Positions 1-8,245 of a stretch of 64,000 nt of DNA are shown piece by piece; positions within the stretch are counted from its first letter, which is position 1, and every line of letters starts with the position of its first letter. The stretch spans positions 66,145 through 130,144 of the forward strand of contig JACDBH010000001.1 in assembly GCA_013694995.1 (NCBI GenBank), read 5' to 3'. The position numbers were made by a program, and so were the translations under genes. The DNA comes from Candidatus Saccharimonadota bacterium. Its GTDB lineage: Bacteria; Patescibacteriota; Saccharimonadia; Saccharimonadales; JACDBH01. Below the pieces are notes generated by a model, which made no database searches, was not told the DNA's origin, and worked only from the letters and a program-made list of their open reading frames with translations.

Positions 1-374
1 CGGCGCATCACCTCAAGGCTAGGCGGCGGAGGCGGAATCATAACTTCCTCAATCCACGCATGGAGCGGGACGGGAACATAGGCTATTTGAGGTGTTGAAT
101 TCCGAAACGTGTATATAGTTTGGCTTTCTTCTTGCGTATGACTTTTAGCAAATTTTACCCACCAACTTTCGGTCCAGTAGACGTGATGTTTATTGCGCTC
201 GGTACTCTCAAAAGAGGGGAGCGTTTCTGGGAAAGTCCAGATTGCTAGCTCGAACATGGAGTCAATATCCGCTATACCGCGGTCATCGACAGGAGTTTCG
301 AATTTGCTCAAATTGTAATCGTAGAGGCACGCTAGGTGCTCGGGGAGGTCAGCAGAAAGCTTGGCCTCCCTCAT
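1..374 (-). CDS. hypothetical protein, N-terminal part (gene runs off the left edge)
   Basis: Hand translation of the minus strand from ATG 374-372 is stop-free down to position 3 (MREAKLSADLPEHLACLYDYNLSKFETPVDDRG...NKHHVYWTESWWVKFAKSH...IPPPPPSLEVMR). It is missing from the ORF track because it has no stop inside the window. There is no clear SD, so the start is uncertain (alternative ATG at 257). Confidence 0.45.
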   Translation of the reverse strand, partial: MREAKLSADLPEHLACLYDYNLSKFETPVDDRGIADIDSMFELAIWTFPETLPSFESTERNKHHVYWTESWWVKFAKSHTQEESQTIYTFRNSTPQIAYVPVPLHAWIEEVMIPPPPPSLEVMR

Positions 375-623
375 ATTTAGTTCGTGAGCCCTTGAATTTT
401 CATGTTAACGCTTATTGTGAGGCAAGCAGTTAACTGAAGTCAACAACTTTAAGAATAGAGAAACTATTGATATATTTTCTAAAAAACAGTATAATCAATC
501 TGTTAATAACTAACTTCTCGGTTGGGGCTCTTAGGCACTCAACCTTGATCCAAAGGAAGTTTTTATATCATCAAGTAAGGCGCGTTCTTATTTTTTGTAT
601 AAATTCGTCAAAGAAAGGAATGA

Positions 624-1013
624 ATGAACCAGTACGAAATTGTCGTATTGTTTGACCCTGGCCTAGAAATAGATCTGGATCGTGCAACGGCAAAAGTGGA
701 GAAAATCTTCACTGATAACGGTGGCAAAGTCACAAACACCGACAACTGGGGCAAGCGCAAGCTTGCGTACCAAATCAAAAAGCAGGATTTTGCAATCTAT
801 GTGTTCTATAACGTAGATGTGCCCGGAGAAGGCATCAAAAAAATCAACGATACGCTTAATATCACCGATGAAGTAGTTCGGTTCTTGATTACTCGTCCCG
901 ATCTTAAGAAGTTTGCTAAAGCAGAGGCCGCCAAGGCAGAAAAAGCTGCCAAGGCTGCCGAACGTGGTGAACGGGCAGGTGCCGAAGAAGAAAAGTCATA
1001 CGACGAAGAATAA
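624..1013 (+). CDS. rpsF: 30S ribosomal protein S6
   Basis: 129-aa ORF. MNQYEIVVLFDP...WGKRKLAYQIKK...FLITR is S6-like. It sits in the canonical rpsF-ssb-rpsR order. A TATAAT-like box lies near 491. Confidence 0.9.
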   Translation: MNQYEIVVLFDPGLEIDLDRATAKVEKIFTDNGGKVTNTDNWGKRKLAYQIKKQDFAIYVFYNVDVPGEGIKKINDTLNITDEVVRFLITRPDLKKFAKAEAAKAEKAAKAAERGERAGAEEEKSYDEE

Positions 1014-1091
1014 AAGCTTGACGCCACTGGGGCTTAGGCGTACTTTAATAATACAAATTAACTAGGACATAGATCCTACAAGGAGGTTTAT

Positions 1092-1565
1092 ATGGCAAGG
1101 TCATTCAACCAAGTCATCTTAATGGGAAACTTAACGCGTGATCCGGAACTCCGGACTACGCCAAACGGCCAAAGCGTCTGTAGCTTTAGTCTGGCGCTTA
1201 ACCGCAGCTATAAAGGCGCGGACGGCGAGTGGAAAGAGGCGACCGATTACATAGATATCGTAGCCTGGGGGCCATTGGGCGAAAGGGTTTCACAATATTT
1301 AAACAAGGGACGTCCTTGTTTGGTAAATGGACGTTTACAATCCCGTAGCTGGGAGCAAGAAGGTCAGAAACGCAGCAAAGTTGAAGTTGTAGCCAATGAT
1401 GTTACATTTCTCGGCGGGCGCGATGGCGGTCAATCTGCTGGTGGGGCAGGTGGTTCAGACGAAAATCAGGAGCCAGCTAAGCCAAGCAAGAAACCGGCTA
1501 AAGACGATGTTGTTATTGAGGATATTGGCGATGAGCCCATCAACCTCGACGACATCCCGTTTTAA
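1092..1565 (+). CDS. ssb: single-stranded DNA-binding protein
   Basis: OB-fold N-terminus (NQVILMGNLTRDPELRTTPNGQSVCSFSLA), a Gly-rich linker and the acidic C-terminal tip DDIPF. AGGAGG lies 7 nt upstream. Confidence 0.92.
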   Translation: MARSFNQVILMGNLTRDPELRTTPNGQSVCSFSLALNRSYKGADGEWKEATDYIDIVAWGPLGERVSQYLNKGRPCLVNGRLQSRSWEQEGQKRSKVEVVANDVTFLGGRDGGQSAGGAGGSDENQEPAKPSKKPAKDDVVIEDIGDEPINLDDIPF

Positions 1566-1878
1566 GGAATTTTAGGGCGCACATCCTGGGTTGAAACCTG
1601 CGGCAAAAGTTCTCACTGTATGTTAAATACAGCTCAAACTTTGTGCTCGGTTTCAACTCCAGGCTGCACTGCCCAAAATACCTTAAAACCAACACTAAAG
1701 AGATAGTAGATTTACAATTTAATTAGTTAAGCGGTTATTTGGGTGAGCGCAGTTCGGGATGGAGAGGGAGGACTTCGGCGGAAGCGTACTTATTGGTACG
1801 CTGTAGCCAAGCCCGGACCTATCCGCCCGAAATGCGCCACACAAATAGGCGCGCGCATAATAAATAAGGAGAGAAAAT

Positions 1879-2082
1879 ATGGCGAAGATATTTAAACACA
1901 GGACAGATGTAGCATTTTTTGACTACAAGGACTTTAAGACCTTGCAGCGTTACGTTAACCAATTCGGTCAGATTGAAACTCGCAAGAAGACTGGCCTTAC
2001 CGAGAGCCAACAGCGGCAGCTTGCACGCTCTATTAAGCGCGCTAGGCACATTGCACTCTTGCCATTCGTAGCACACAGCTAA
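1879..2082 (+). CDS. rpsR: 30S ribosomal protein S18
   Basis: 67 aa. FFDYKDFKTLQRYVNQFGQI...RKKTGLT...QRQLARSIKRARHIALLPF is typical S18. AAGGAGAG SD. Confidence 0.9.
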   Translation: MAKIFKHRTDVAFFDYKDFKTLQRYVNQFGQIETRKKTGLTESQQRQLARSIKRARHIALLPFVAHS

Positions 2083-2160
2083 TTAACATTTTTTGTGCCT
2101 TAATATACTGACAGAACCATAACAATTACCCATACTGGAAACTGTAAAGTAGGAGAGTAT

Positions 2161-2445
2161 ATGGACGAGGCAATCATGCTAACGGACAAGCTCCGTCATC
2201 GGGCAAAAGATAACTGTGATAATCCTGGAGCTGCGCAAGCAGCAGACCTAAAGGAGTTGACTGAGTTACTGTATACGGAGACGAAGCAAAATAAAGACCC
2301 AGATGCGTTGTTTGTACGCGTGAAGGAAGTAGAACAGCACGTCCAAGATTTAAGGGCTACAGAAGGGATATATAGCCTGCCAGATGTTAATGATATGTAT
2401 GACCGTTGCCAAGAACTTAAACAATTATTCAAGGAACTCGCTTAA
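2161..2445 (+). CDS. hypothetical small protein (predicted helical)
   Basis: 94-aa ORF with GGAG upstream. First of three tightly packed small ORFs directly upstream of efp. No motif recognised. Confidence 0.55.
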   Translation: MDEAIMLTDKLRHRAKDNCDNPGAAQAADLKELTELLYTETKQNKDPDALFVRVKEVEQHVQDLRATEGIYSLPDVNDMYDRCQELKQLFKELA

Positions 2446-2450
2446 ATTGT

Positions 2451-2789
2451 ATGCATGATTCAGAAACGTCCTTGTCCGTACAGGTCAAGAAGCTCGAGAA
2501 GTATATTTATACTTTACCAATGGCGAAGCAGTTAAATGTGCTTAGCGGCAAGCAAAGGGAAGCTATGGTAAGACTTCGTGACAGTGTTTCGGACGCGCGA
2601 ACAAGCATTACAAAGTATGCCAGTAGTGACGATAGCGAGCAGCAAGCGCAGGCTTTGCAAGCAGGCATCGAACATATTACAGATGCAAATGATGCAATTT
2701 TGAATGCCAGCCAATATGACTTGCTCGATGCGGCTGATGTCGCGCACTTATCGGCGTTGGCTCAACATATTAAGGAGCGGTTAGAATAA
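2451..2789 (+). CDS. hypothetical small protein
   Basis: 112-aa ORF, 5 nt after the previous stop. No motif recognised. Confidence 0.55.
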   Translation: MHDSETSLSVQVKKLEKYIYTLPMAKQLNVLSGKQREAMVRLRDSVSDARTSITKYASSDDSEQQAQALQAGIEHITDANDAILNASQYDLLDAADVAHLSALAQHIKERLE

Positions 2790-2794
2790 ACCTA

Positions 2795-3112
2795 ATGAAA
2801 AAACCCGATTTGCAACAACTTACTACCGAGCTATTTGAAAAGCTCAAAGGTATCCACCTGACTGGCCAAGCACTTGCTGCGTATCAAACGACAAATAACC
2901 AATCGGTCCTGATGGATTTGCAAAAAAAATCAGCTGCATTAGTTCAAGCAGTCCAGTCCAAACAACCCAAAGGTATGCTTCTAGGTGCCCACGAAGACGT
3001 CGCTGCTGCAATTGATACCGCAGGCATCTTAGGAGTTATCAGCAATGAAGAATTACCAGGCTATTATAAAAAACTTGATGATATTTGGATGGATATAGAG
3101 AAGGGGGAGTAA
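2795..3112 (+). CDS. hypothetical small protein
   Basis: 105-aa ORF. Its stop TAA is immediately followed by the efp ATG (gagTAAATGgca). Confidence 0.55.
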   Translation: MKKPDLQQLTTELFEKLKGIHLTGQALAAYQTTNNQSVLMDLQKKSAALVQAVQSKQPKGMLLGAHEDVAAAIDTAGILGVISNEELPGYYKKLDDIWMDIEKGE

Positions 3113-3679
3113 ATGGCATTTGGTATAACGGATTTAAAAAAAGGACAGATTTTCCAGACTGAAGGCGTACCGTACCGGGTTGTTGAATATAACCAAAAAG
3201 TTATGGGCCGCGGCGGCTCGATTGTAAACGTTAAGATCAAAAGCCTAATTGATGGAAAAGTTCTAGCCCGAACATTCAAGGGTAACGAATTGATCGAGCC
3301 GGCTGATGTCAGCAATCAGACTATCCAGTACCTTTATAACGACGGCCCAACTTACTATTTCATGAATCAAGATAGCTTCGAGCAATTCGAAGTTGCTGCC
3401 GCCATGATTGAAGACCAAGCGGGTTACATGAAGGAGGGAGACCAAGTCCAGGCCCAGTTATTTGACGGTCGTGTAATTAACATTGAACTGCCTAAAAATG
3501 TGTATTTATTAGTTACTTACACCGAATCCGTCGTCAAAGGCGATACGACCAGTTCTGTCCTAAAGGATGCAACGCTCGAAACTGGCATAACGGCCAGAGT
3601 TCCGGCTTTTATAAAACAAGGGGATACCATATCTATTGACACTACGACCGGCGCATACCGTGAACGCAAAAAAGACTAA
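3113..3679 (+). CDS. efp: elongation factor P (Arg at the loop-tip position)
   Basis: 188 aa, alignable by eye with EF-P over its full length (GVPYRVVEY..., YLYNDGPTYYFMNQDSFEQFEV, VKGDT, TGAYRER). The loop reads KVMGRGGS where E. coli has KPGKGQA. Confidence 0.9.
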   Translation: MAFGITDLKKGQIFQTEGVPYRVVEYNQKVMGRGGSIVNVKIKSLIDGKVLARTFKGNELIEPADVSNQTIQYLYNDGPTYYFMNQDSFEQFEVAAAMIEDQAGYMKEGDQVQAQLFDGRVINIELPKNVYLLVTYTESVVKGDTTSSVLKDATLETGITARVPAFIKQGDTISIDTTTGAYRERKKD

Positions 3680-3696
3680 GGGAGTACAATAGTGCT

Positions 3697-4116
3697 ATGG
3701 ATGAGATGCAGGAACAATATGAAAAACCAAAGCGCAAGGCGTTGGACAGCCGGATCGTACGCTCATTTGTTGTCGGCGTAGCTTTGACGCTTCTATCTTT
3801 AGTAATGATCGGCTTTAATTTGAGTACGGCCGGAGGCATCAAGATCAATGACGATGTCAATCGTTATTTTGACACTTGTGTGGGTGAAGGCTTTGTCGAC
3901 AATACGCCACGGATCCGGACTGACGAACGTGGCTTCCCCTTAGCTTATGTCCAAACAAGTCACGTACCTGTTTGTGAAAACACGGGCGTTGAACTAAAGC
4001 GCAGTTCAACAAGATCCGTCGACCTGGGGGCTCTCGGCGCAAATGTACTTTTTTGGACTTGTTCAGCGTTTATTATTCTGCGCCGCTACGGGAAGCGAAA
4101 ACCATCTGAAGCATGA
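3697..4116 (+). CDS. hypothetical membrane protein
   Basis: 139-aa ORF with hydrophobic segments (FVVGVALTLLSLVMIGF; VLFWTCSAFIILRRY). Confidence 0.5.
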   Translation: MDEMQEQYEKPKRKALDSRIVRSFVVGVALTLLSLVMIGFNLSTAGGIKINDDVNRYFDTCVGEGFVDNTPRIRTDERGFPLAYVQTSHVPVCENTGVELKRSSTRSVDLGALGANVLFWTCSAFIILRRYGKRKPSEA

Positions 4117-4241
4117 AACAACGTTGCCAGTATCTTCGCCGCAGAAGTTTGGACTCCTAAGATTTAGTTGTTATAGCAGCTTGACTGTTGAGAGGTACAA
4201 GAATATTATGTGCCTCTAGGCAAAAAGTTAGATTAACTAAA

Positions 4242-4928
4242 ATGAACGAAACAACTACTGCTAAAATTGATTGGGTTTCTGGCAGGTGGGAAAAGAATCG
4301 CAAAAAATACATGGCAACAGTTTTAGGGCCTGCTGTTGCTTGTGCTGAAGAATATTTAAACGAAGTTTTAGGCGTAGAGCCGACTACTACCAGGGTTATT
4401 CCTTACCTCACGATACGGTCCAATTTGGCACGTGGTGTGTCGGTATCTGCAACGGCAATGGAACTTTATTTTTCAAGGATTGAGATTGATAGGAAGAAAC
4501 TTGAGAGCAAAGAATGCGAAATCACATCTACATGCGTGCACGAAATGGCCCATGGAGTACGGGAAAAATATTTTCCAAACACTTCGGTTCTCATCGAACG
4601 CATTGCATCAGAGGGTATTGCTTATACGGCCCAAGCTTATGCTGAACAGGATATATTTGATATCCCATATGAAAAAACCGTACTTCTCGATACCCTTGAA
4701 GTTGAAGCGCTTGCGGATGAACTATACCAGGATCCTGCATGCTTTGAGGTCATACCTGAATTAACCCATGAAGAAGTTTGGGCTAATCCCTGGCTTTATG
4801 CAGCTAAAAAAGTACCTTTTGCATGGGGTCAGCGCCTTGGAATATGGTGTGTCCAATCATTAGTAAAGGATGGTTATGATTTCCCAGCTTTAATGATGAT
4901 GCCCCCTGAAGAGATAATAGCGTTATAA
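4242..4928 (+). CDS. putative zinc metallopeptidase-like protein (HExxH)
   Basis: ORF 4188-4928. The likely ATG is at 4242 (MNETTTAKIDW). Contains CVHEMAHGV (HExxH). The family is not firmly recognised. Confidence 0.5.
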   Translation: MNETTTAKIDWVSGRWEKNRKKYMATVLGPAVACAEEYLNEVLGVEPTTTRVIPYLTIRSNLARGVSVSATAMELYFSRIEIDRKKLESKECEITSTCVHEMAHGVREKYFPNTSVLIERIASEGIAYTAQAYAEQDIFDIPYEKTVLLDTLEVEALADELYQDPACFEVIPELTHEEVWANPWLYAAKKVPFAWGQRLGIWCVQSLVKDGYDFPALMMMPPEEIIAL

Positions 4929-4937
4929 TGAGCGGAT

Positions 4938-5651
4938 ATGAAACAACGGCTTGACCAGTATCTAGCTGCTAGCGGGTTGGTATCAACACGTTCTCAGGCT
5001 GAGAGTTATATCCGTTTAGGTAAGGTTAGGGTGAATGGCAAGATAGTAATTAAAGCTGGCGAACTGGTGGCCGAAACAGCAGCAGTTGAACTTACTTCAA
5101 AGGAGCAGTATGTTTCGCGGGCAGGGCTGAAACTTGCTAGTGTGGCCGAACTATTAAAACTAGATTTTAAAAGCAAAATAGTTCTAGACGTTGGCAGCAG
5201 CACCGGTGGTTTTACGGATTACGCCTTGCAACATGGTGCCGAAAAAGTGATTGCGGTCGATGTGGGTACAAACCAGCTGCACCCCACCTTTCAAGGCCAT
5301 CCAAAGATAGAACTTCACGAACAAACTGACATCCGTGGTTTCCAACCCTCCGAAGTCTCGGATATTATCATTATAGACGTATCTTTCATATCTTTAAAAG
5401 AGATCCTACCTCATATTTCCAAAATTTCAGATGAACATACTCAAATTGTTGCTATGCTAAAACCCCAATTTGAAGCCGGGGACAGCACCAAGCATAAAGG
5501 CGTTATTAAAAATGACAAAATACGACGCCAGATCCTGCAGGACTTTGAAATGTGGAGCCGGAAGTATTTTGTCATCAAAAACAAAGCCGACAGTGAAGTT
5601 GCCGGTGCTAAAGGTAATCAAGAACGATTTTATCTCCTTAAAAAACTCTAG
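4938..5651 (+). CDS. tlyA: TlyA-family rRNA 2'-O-methyltransferase (S4 domain + FtsJ-like)
   Basis: RLDQYLAASGLVSTRSQAESYIRLGKVRVNG (S4 domain) followed by the SAM motif VLDVGSSTGGFTDYAL and VIAVDVGTNQL. Confidence 0.85.
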   Translation: MKQRLDQYLAASGLVSTRSQAESYIRLGKVRVNGKIVIKAGELVAETAAVELTSKEQYVSRAGLKLASVAELLKLDFKSKIVLDVGSSTGGFTDYALQHGAEKVIAVDVGTNQLHPTFQGHPKIELHEQTDIRGFQPSEVSDIIIIDVSFISLKEILPHISKISDEHTQIVAMLKPQFEAGDSTKHKGVIKNDKIRRQILQDFEMWSRKYFVIKNKADSEVAGAKGNQERFYLLKKL

Positions 5652-5670
5652 AACAGAGCTGTCTTAATGT

Positions 5671-6315
5671 TTATAAAAACGAACGAAGCTTGTCTACATC
5701 CTTAAGGACGATTAGACCCTGGGTGGTTATTAGGCCTTTCTTTTCAAGGGCTGTGAGTTCGCGGCTGGTGGTTTCGCGTGAGGCATTAATAGAACTGGCG
5801 ATATCTTGCTGACGCAGCGGGACGTTGATGGTCAGGCCCATAATAGTTTCTTTGCCAAAGCGGTTGGACATAGTCAACAAGAACGATATTAGCCGCTCGC
5901 GCACACTGCGGTATTCCAGATTAATGATGCGTTCCGAATGGATGCGGTACATTTCTATTGTCATATCGAGCAAGGGAGCAAGGGTTTCTCCCTTATTTTT
6001 AAGATGAGCCAAAAATTTCTTTCTATCTATCCGCCAGACTGTCGTAGGTGTCATGGCCTCATAAATGACATGTCGTTCCTGGCCAGTTATAGCCCAAATT
6101 AGAGGGAATAATTCGTGTTCCTTACGGATAATAAGTAGGTTCTCTTCGCCGTACTTGGTTATGTCGTATGCTTTAACGTTTCCAAGCTCTATATAAAAAA
6201 TTCCCGGCGGAGTTTCGCCGGGCCGTATGATAAATTCGCCTCGCCTGTAGGCGAGCCGTGTCCCTTTATGAAACAGCTCCAGTAATGCGGTATTCTGCGC
6301 ATCTGTTGCCAACAT
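5671..6315 (-). CDS. Crp/Fnr-family transcriptional regulator
   Basis: 214 aa. N-terminal cNMP-binding-like beta-roll (GEFIIRPGETPPGIFYIELGNVKAY) and a C-terminal HTH (LRQQDIASSINASRETTSRELTALEKKGLI). Confidence 0.8.
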   Translation of the reverse strand: MLATDAQNTALLELFHKGTRLAYRRGEFIIRPGETPPGIFYIELGNVKAYDITKYGEENLLIIRKEHELFPLIWAITGQERHVIYEAMTPTTVWRIDRKKFLAHLKNKGETLAPLLDMTIEMYRIHSERIINLEYRSVRERLISFLLTMSNRFGKETIMGLTINVPLRQQDIASSINASRETTSRELTALEKKGLITTQGLIVLKDVDKLRSFL

Positions 6316-6461
6316 ATCTTTAGTATGACAGAACTATTGCTACTTACAATCTTTTGAAGGGTTGATTTTATGATAAATATCACACCTGCATCGTGATATT
6401 CGGTACGGAGAAGGCATTTTAAACGGTATATGATGCGTATACATTAAGAGGGAGGTGCAGC

Positions 6462-7028
6462 ATGGTTACGTCACACGAAGTACAGCGTCAGCTTAAAACC
6501 ATCGGCGCCGAGTTCCGATTTTGGGGAAAATCCGAGTTGCGTGAATTGGAACATATCCTCATCCCCGGTGAGCACATCATGTACTGCATGAATGGCCGTT
6601 ATGAAGGCGGTTTTGCGATGCTTTGTATCACCAATCAGCGCATCGTCCTGATCGATAAGAAACCTTTTTACCTGACCCTCGAAGATATACGTTATGACAT
6701 GGTGTCTGAGGTTGATTTTAACCAGCGCTTAATCGATGCCACTATACAGATCTGCACGCTCAACAAGAAAGTTTGGTTCACAGTATTTAAAGCTAAGCTG
6801 TTACGCAAGGCAACTGCCTACATCCAGAACCGCGTAATGGAATTCCGGCAGCAGCATATGATGCAACCGCAGCAAGCAACATCCTCATTGCCATACATTC
6901 AAATCCCAACGGAGCCAGCCACCACGGCGGTCTCGAGCTTTCAGCACCGCATAACAAACCCTTACACGAAGATGCCGCTCATGATGCGCCGCCGGGTTTC
7001 GCGCTTTTACGGTGACGCCCTCAACTAA
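6462..7028 (+). CDS. bacterial PH-domain (YokE/bPH-like) protein
   Basis: LIPGEHIMYCMNGRYEGGFAMLCITNQRIVLIDKKPF is the typical bacterial PH-domain pattern. Confidence 0.6.
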   Translation: MVTSHEVQRQLKTIGAEFRFWGKSELRELEHILIPGEHIMYCMNGRYEGGFAMLCITNQRIVLIDKKPFYLTLEDIRYDMVSEVDFNQRLIDATIQICTLNKKVWFTVFKAKLLRKATAYIQNRVMEFRQQHMMQPQQATSSLPYIQIPTEPATTAVSSFQHRITNPYTKMPLMMRRRVSRFYGDALN

Positions 7029-7099
7029 GCTTTAGACCGTTATACGAAGCCCCATTATCGCGCCCTTAACTGGCATTTAAGTCAGCTCTTCCCAGGTTC

Positions 7100-8179
7100 T
7101 TAGGTATTGAATCTAAATTCTACGATGTCATTGGGCTGCATGATGTAAGTTTTGCCCTCGGTGCGGACTTTGCCAGCCTGTTTAGCGGCTTGCTCTGAAC
7201 CTGCAGAAATAAGGTCATCGTAATCAACTATTTGGGCGGCAATAAAACCGCGTTCAAAGTCACTATGGATGACACCGGCGGCTTGCGGGGCGGTTGCGCC
7301 TTTTTTAACTGTCCAGGCGCGCACTTCTTGTTCGCCGGCAGTTAAATAACTTTGCAAACCTAGCGTATCGTAGGCAGCATGAATGAGCTGGACCAGGCCA
7401 GATTCGTGCTGGCCATAACTTTCAAGTAGCTCGACGCGGTCCGCTTCGTCCAGGCCCCTAAGTTCGCTCTCGAGTTTGGCACAGATAAATACGGCTTTGT
7501 GTGGGGCAACTAGTTTTGCTAATTGCTCTTTTTTGCCACTATCCTGTAAGGTGCCTTCATCAACATTGAATACATAAATAACTGGTTTAATGGTTAACAG
7601 CTGCAAGTCTGAAAGTGCAGTACTGAGTACTTGGTACTGAGTACTGCTGAAAAGCGGCTGTCCACTGTCCAAGAGCTGTCTTGCTAGCCGCAGCGCGTCA
7701 ACTATTGTTGATAGTTTAGGGTCAGCTTTTGCCGCTTTATCAGCTTGGGGCAAGCGCTTTTCTACTGTAGATAAATCCGCAAGCACGAGCTCTGTATTGA
7801 TAACATCGATGTCCTTTTTCGGGTCATGCTGCTCGTCAACATGCAGGACATTTGGGTCTTCAAACGCCCGTACAATATGCGTGATGGCGTTACAGGAGCG
7901 GATATTAGCTAGGAACTGGTTGCCTAAGCCTTCGCCCTCGCTGGCACCGGCAACTAGGCCGGCAATGTCTACAAAAGTAACTGTTGCGGGAATCTTCTTT
8001 TTTGCATTGTATAACTTCTCCAGTTCATCCAACCGCGGGTCAGGGATGGGTACGATGCCGGTATTGGGCTCAATGGTCGCAAACGGATAATTCGCCGCCA
8101 ATATATTATTGTCGGTTAGGGCATTAAACAAGGTCGATTTACCGACATTAGGAAGTCCTACTATCCCTATGCTCAGCAT
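7100..8179 (-). CDS. ychF: redox-regulated ATPase YchF (Obg-like GTPase family)
   Basis: IGIVGLPNVGKSTLFNALT (G1), DIAGLV (G3), and a C-terminal TGS-like end (RTEGKTYIMQPNDIVEFRFN). The start is placed at the internal ATG 8179, 4 codons before the P-loop segment, as in known YchF. The ORF extends to 8218. Confidence 0.9.
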   Translation of the reverse strand: MLSIGIVGLPNVGKSTLFNALTDNNILAANYPFATIEPNTGIVPIPDPRLDELEKLYNAKKKIPATVTFVDIAGLVAGASEGEGLGNQFLANIRSCNAITHIVRAFEDPNVLHVDEQHDPKKDIDVINTELVLADLSTVEKRLPQADKAAKADPKLSTIVDALRLARQLLDSGQPLFSSTQYQVLSTALSDLQLLTIKPVIYVFNVDEGTLQDSGKKEQLAKLVAPHKAVFICAKLESELRGLDEADRVELLESYGQHESGLVQLIHAAYDTLGLQSYLTAGEQEVRAWTVKKGATAPQAAGVIHSDFERGFIAAQIVDYDDLISAGSEQAAKQAGKVRTEGKTYIMQPNDIVEFRFNT

Positions 8180-8245
8180 GTAGCCCAATCTTTCATTTTC
8201 ATCTGTTAATGTTAACACATAAGAAAATGATGTTTTTAAAACCGT

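Noticed and set aside
242-433. 63-aa plus-strand ORF at the left edge
   Set aside because: It is antisense to a longer stop-free minus-strand frame that runs off the window edge. It has no RBS.
7621-7648. AGTACTGAGTACT shared between the ychF coding sequence and the pilB-pilT spacer (~21996-22010, reverse complement)
   Set aside because: A 13-nt match is within chance expectation for all-against-all comparison of 64 kb on both strands. The ychF copy is in-frame coding sequence.
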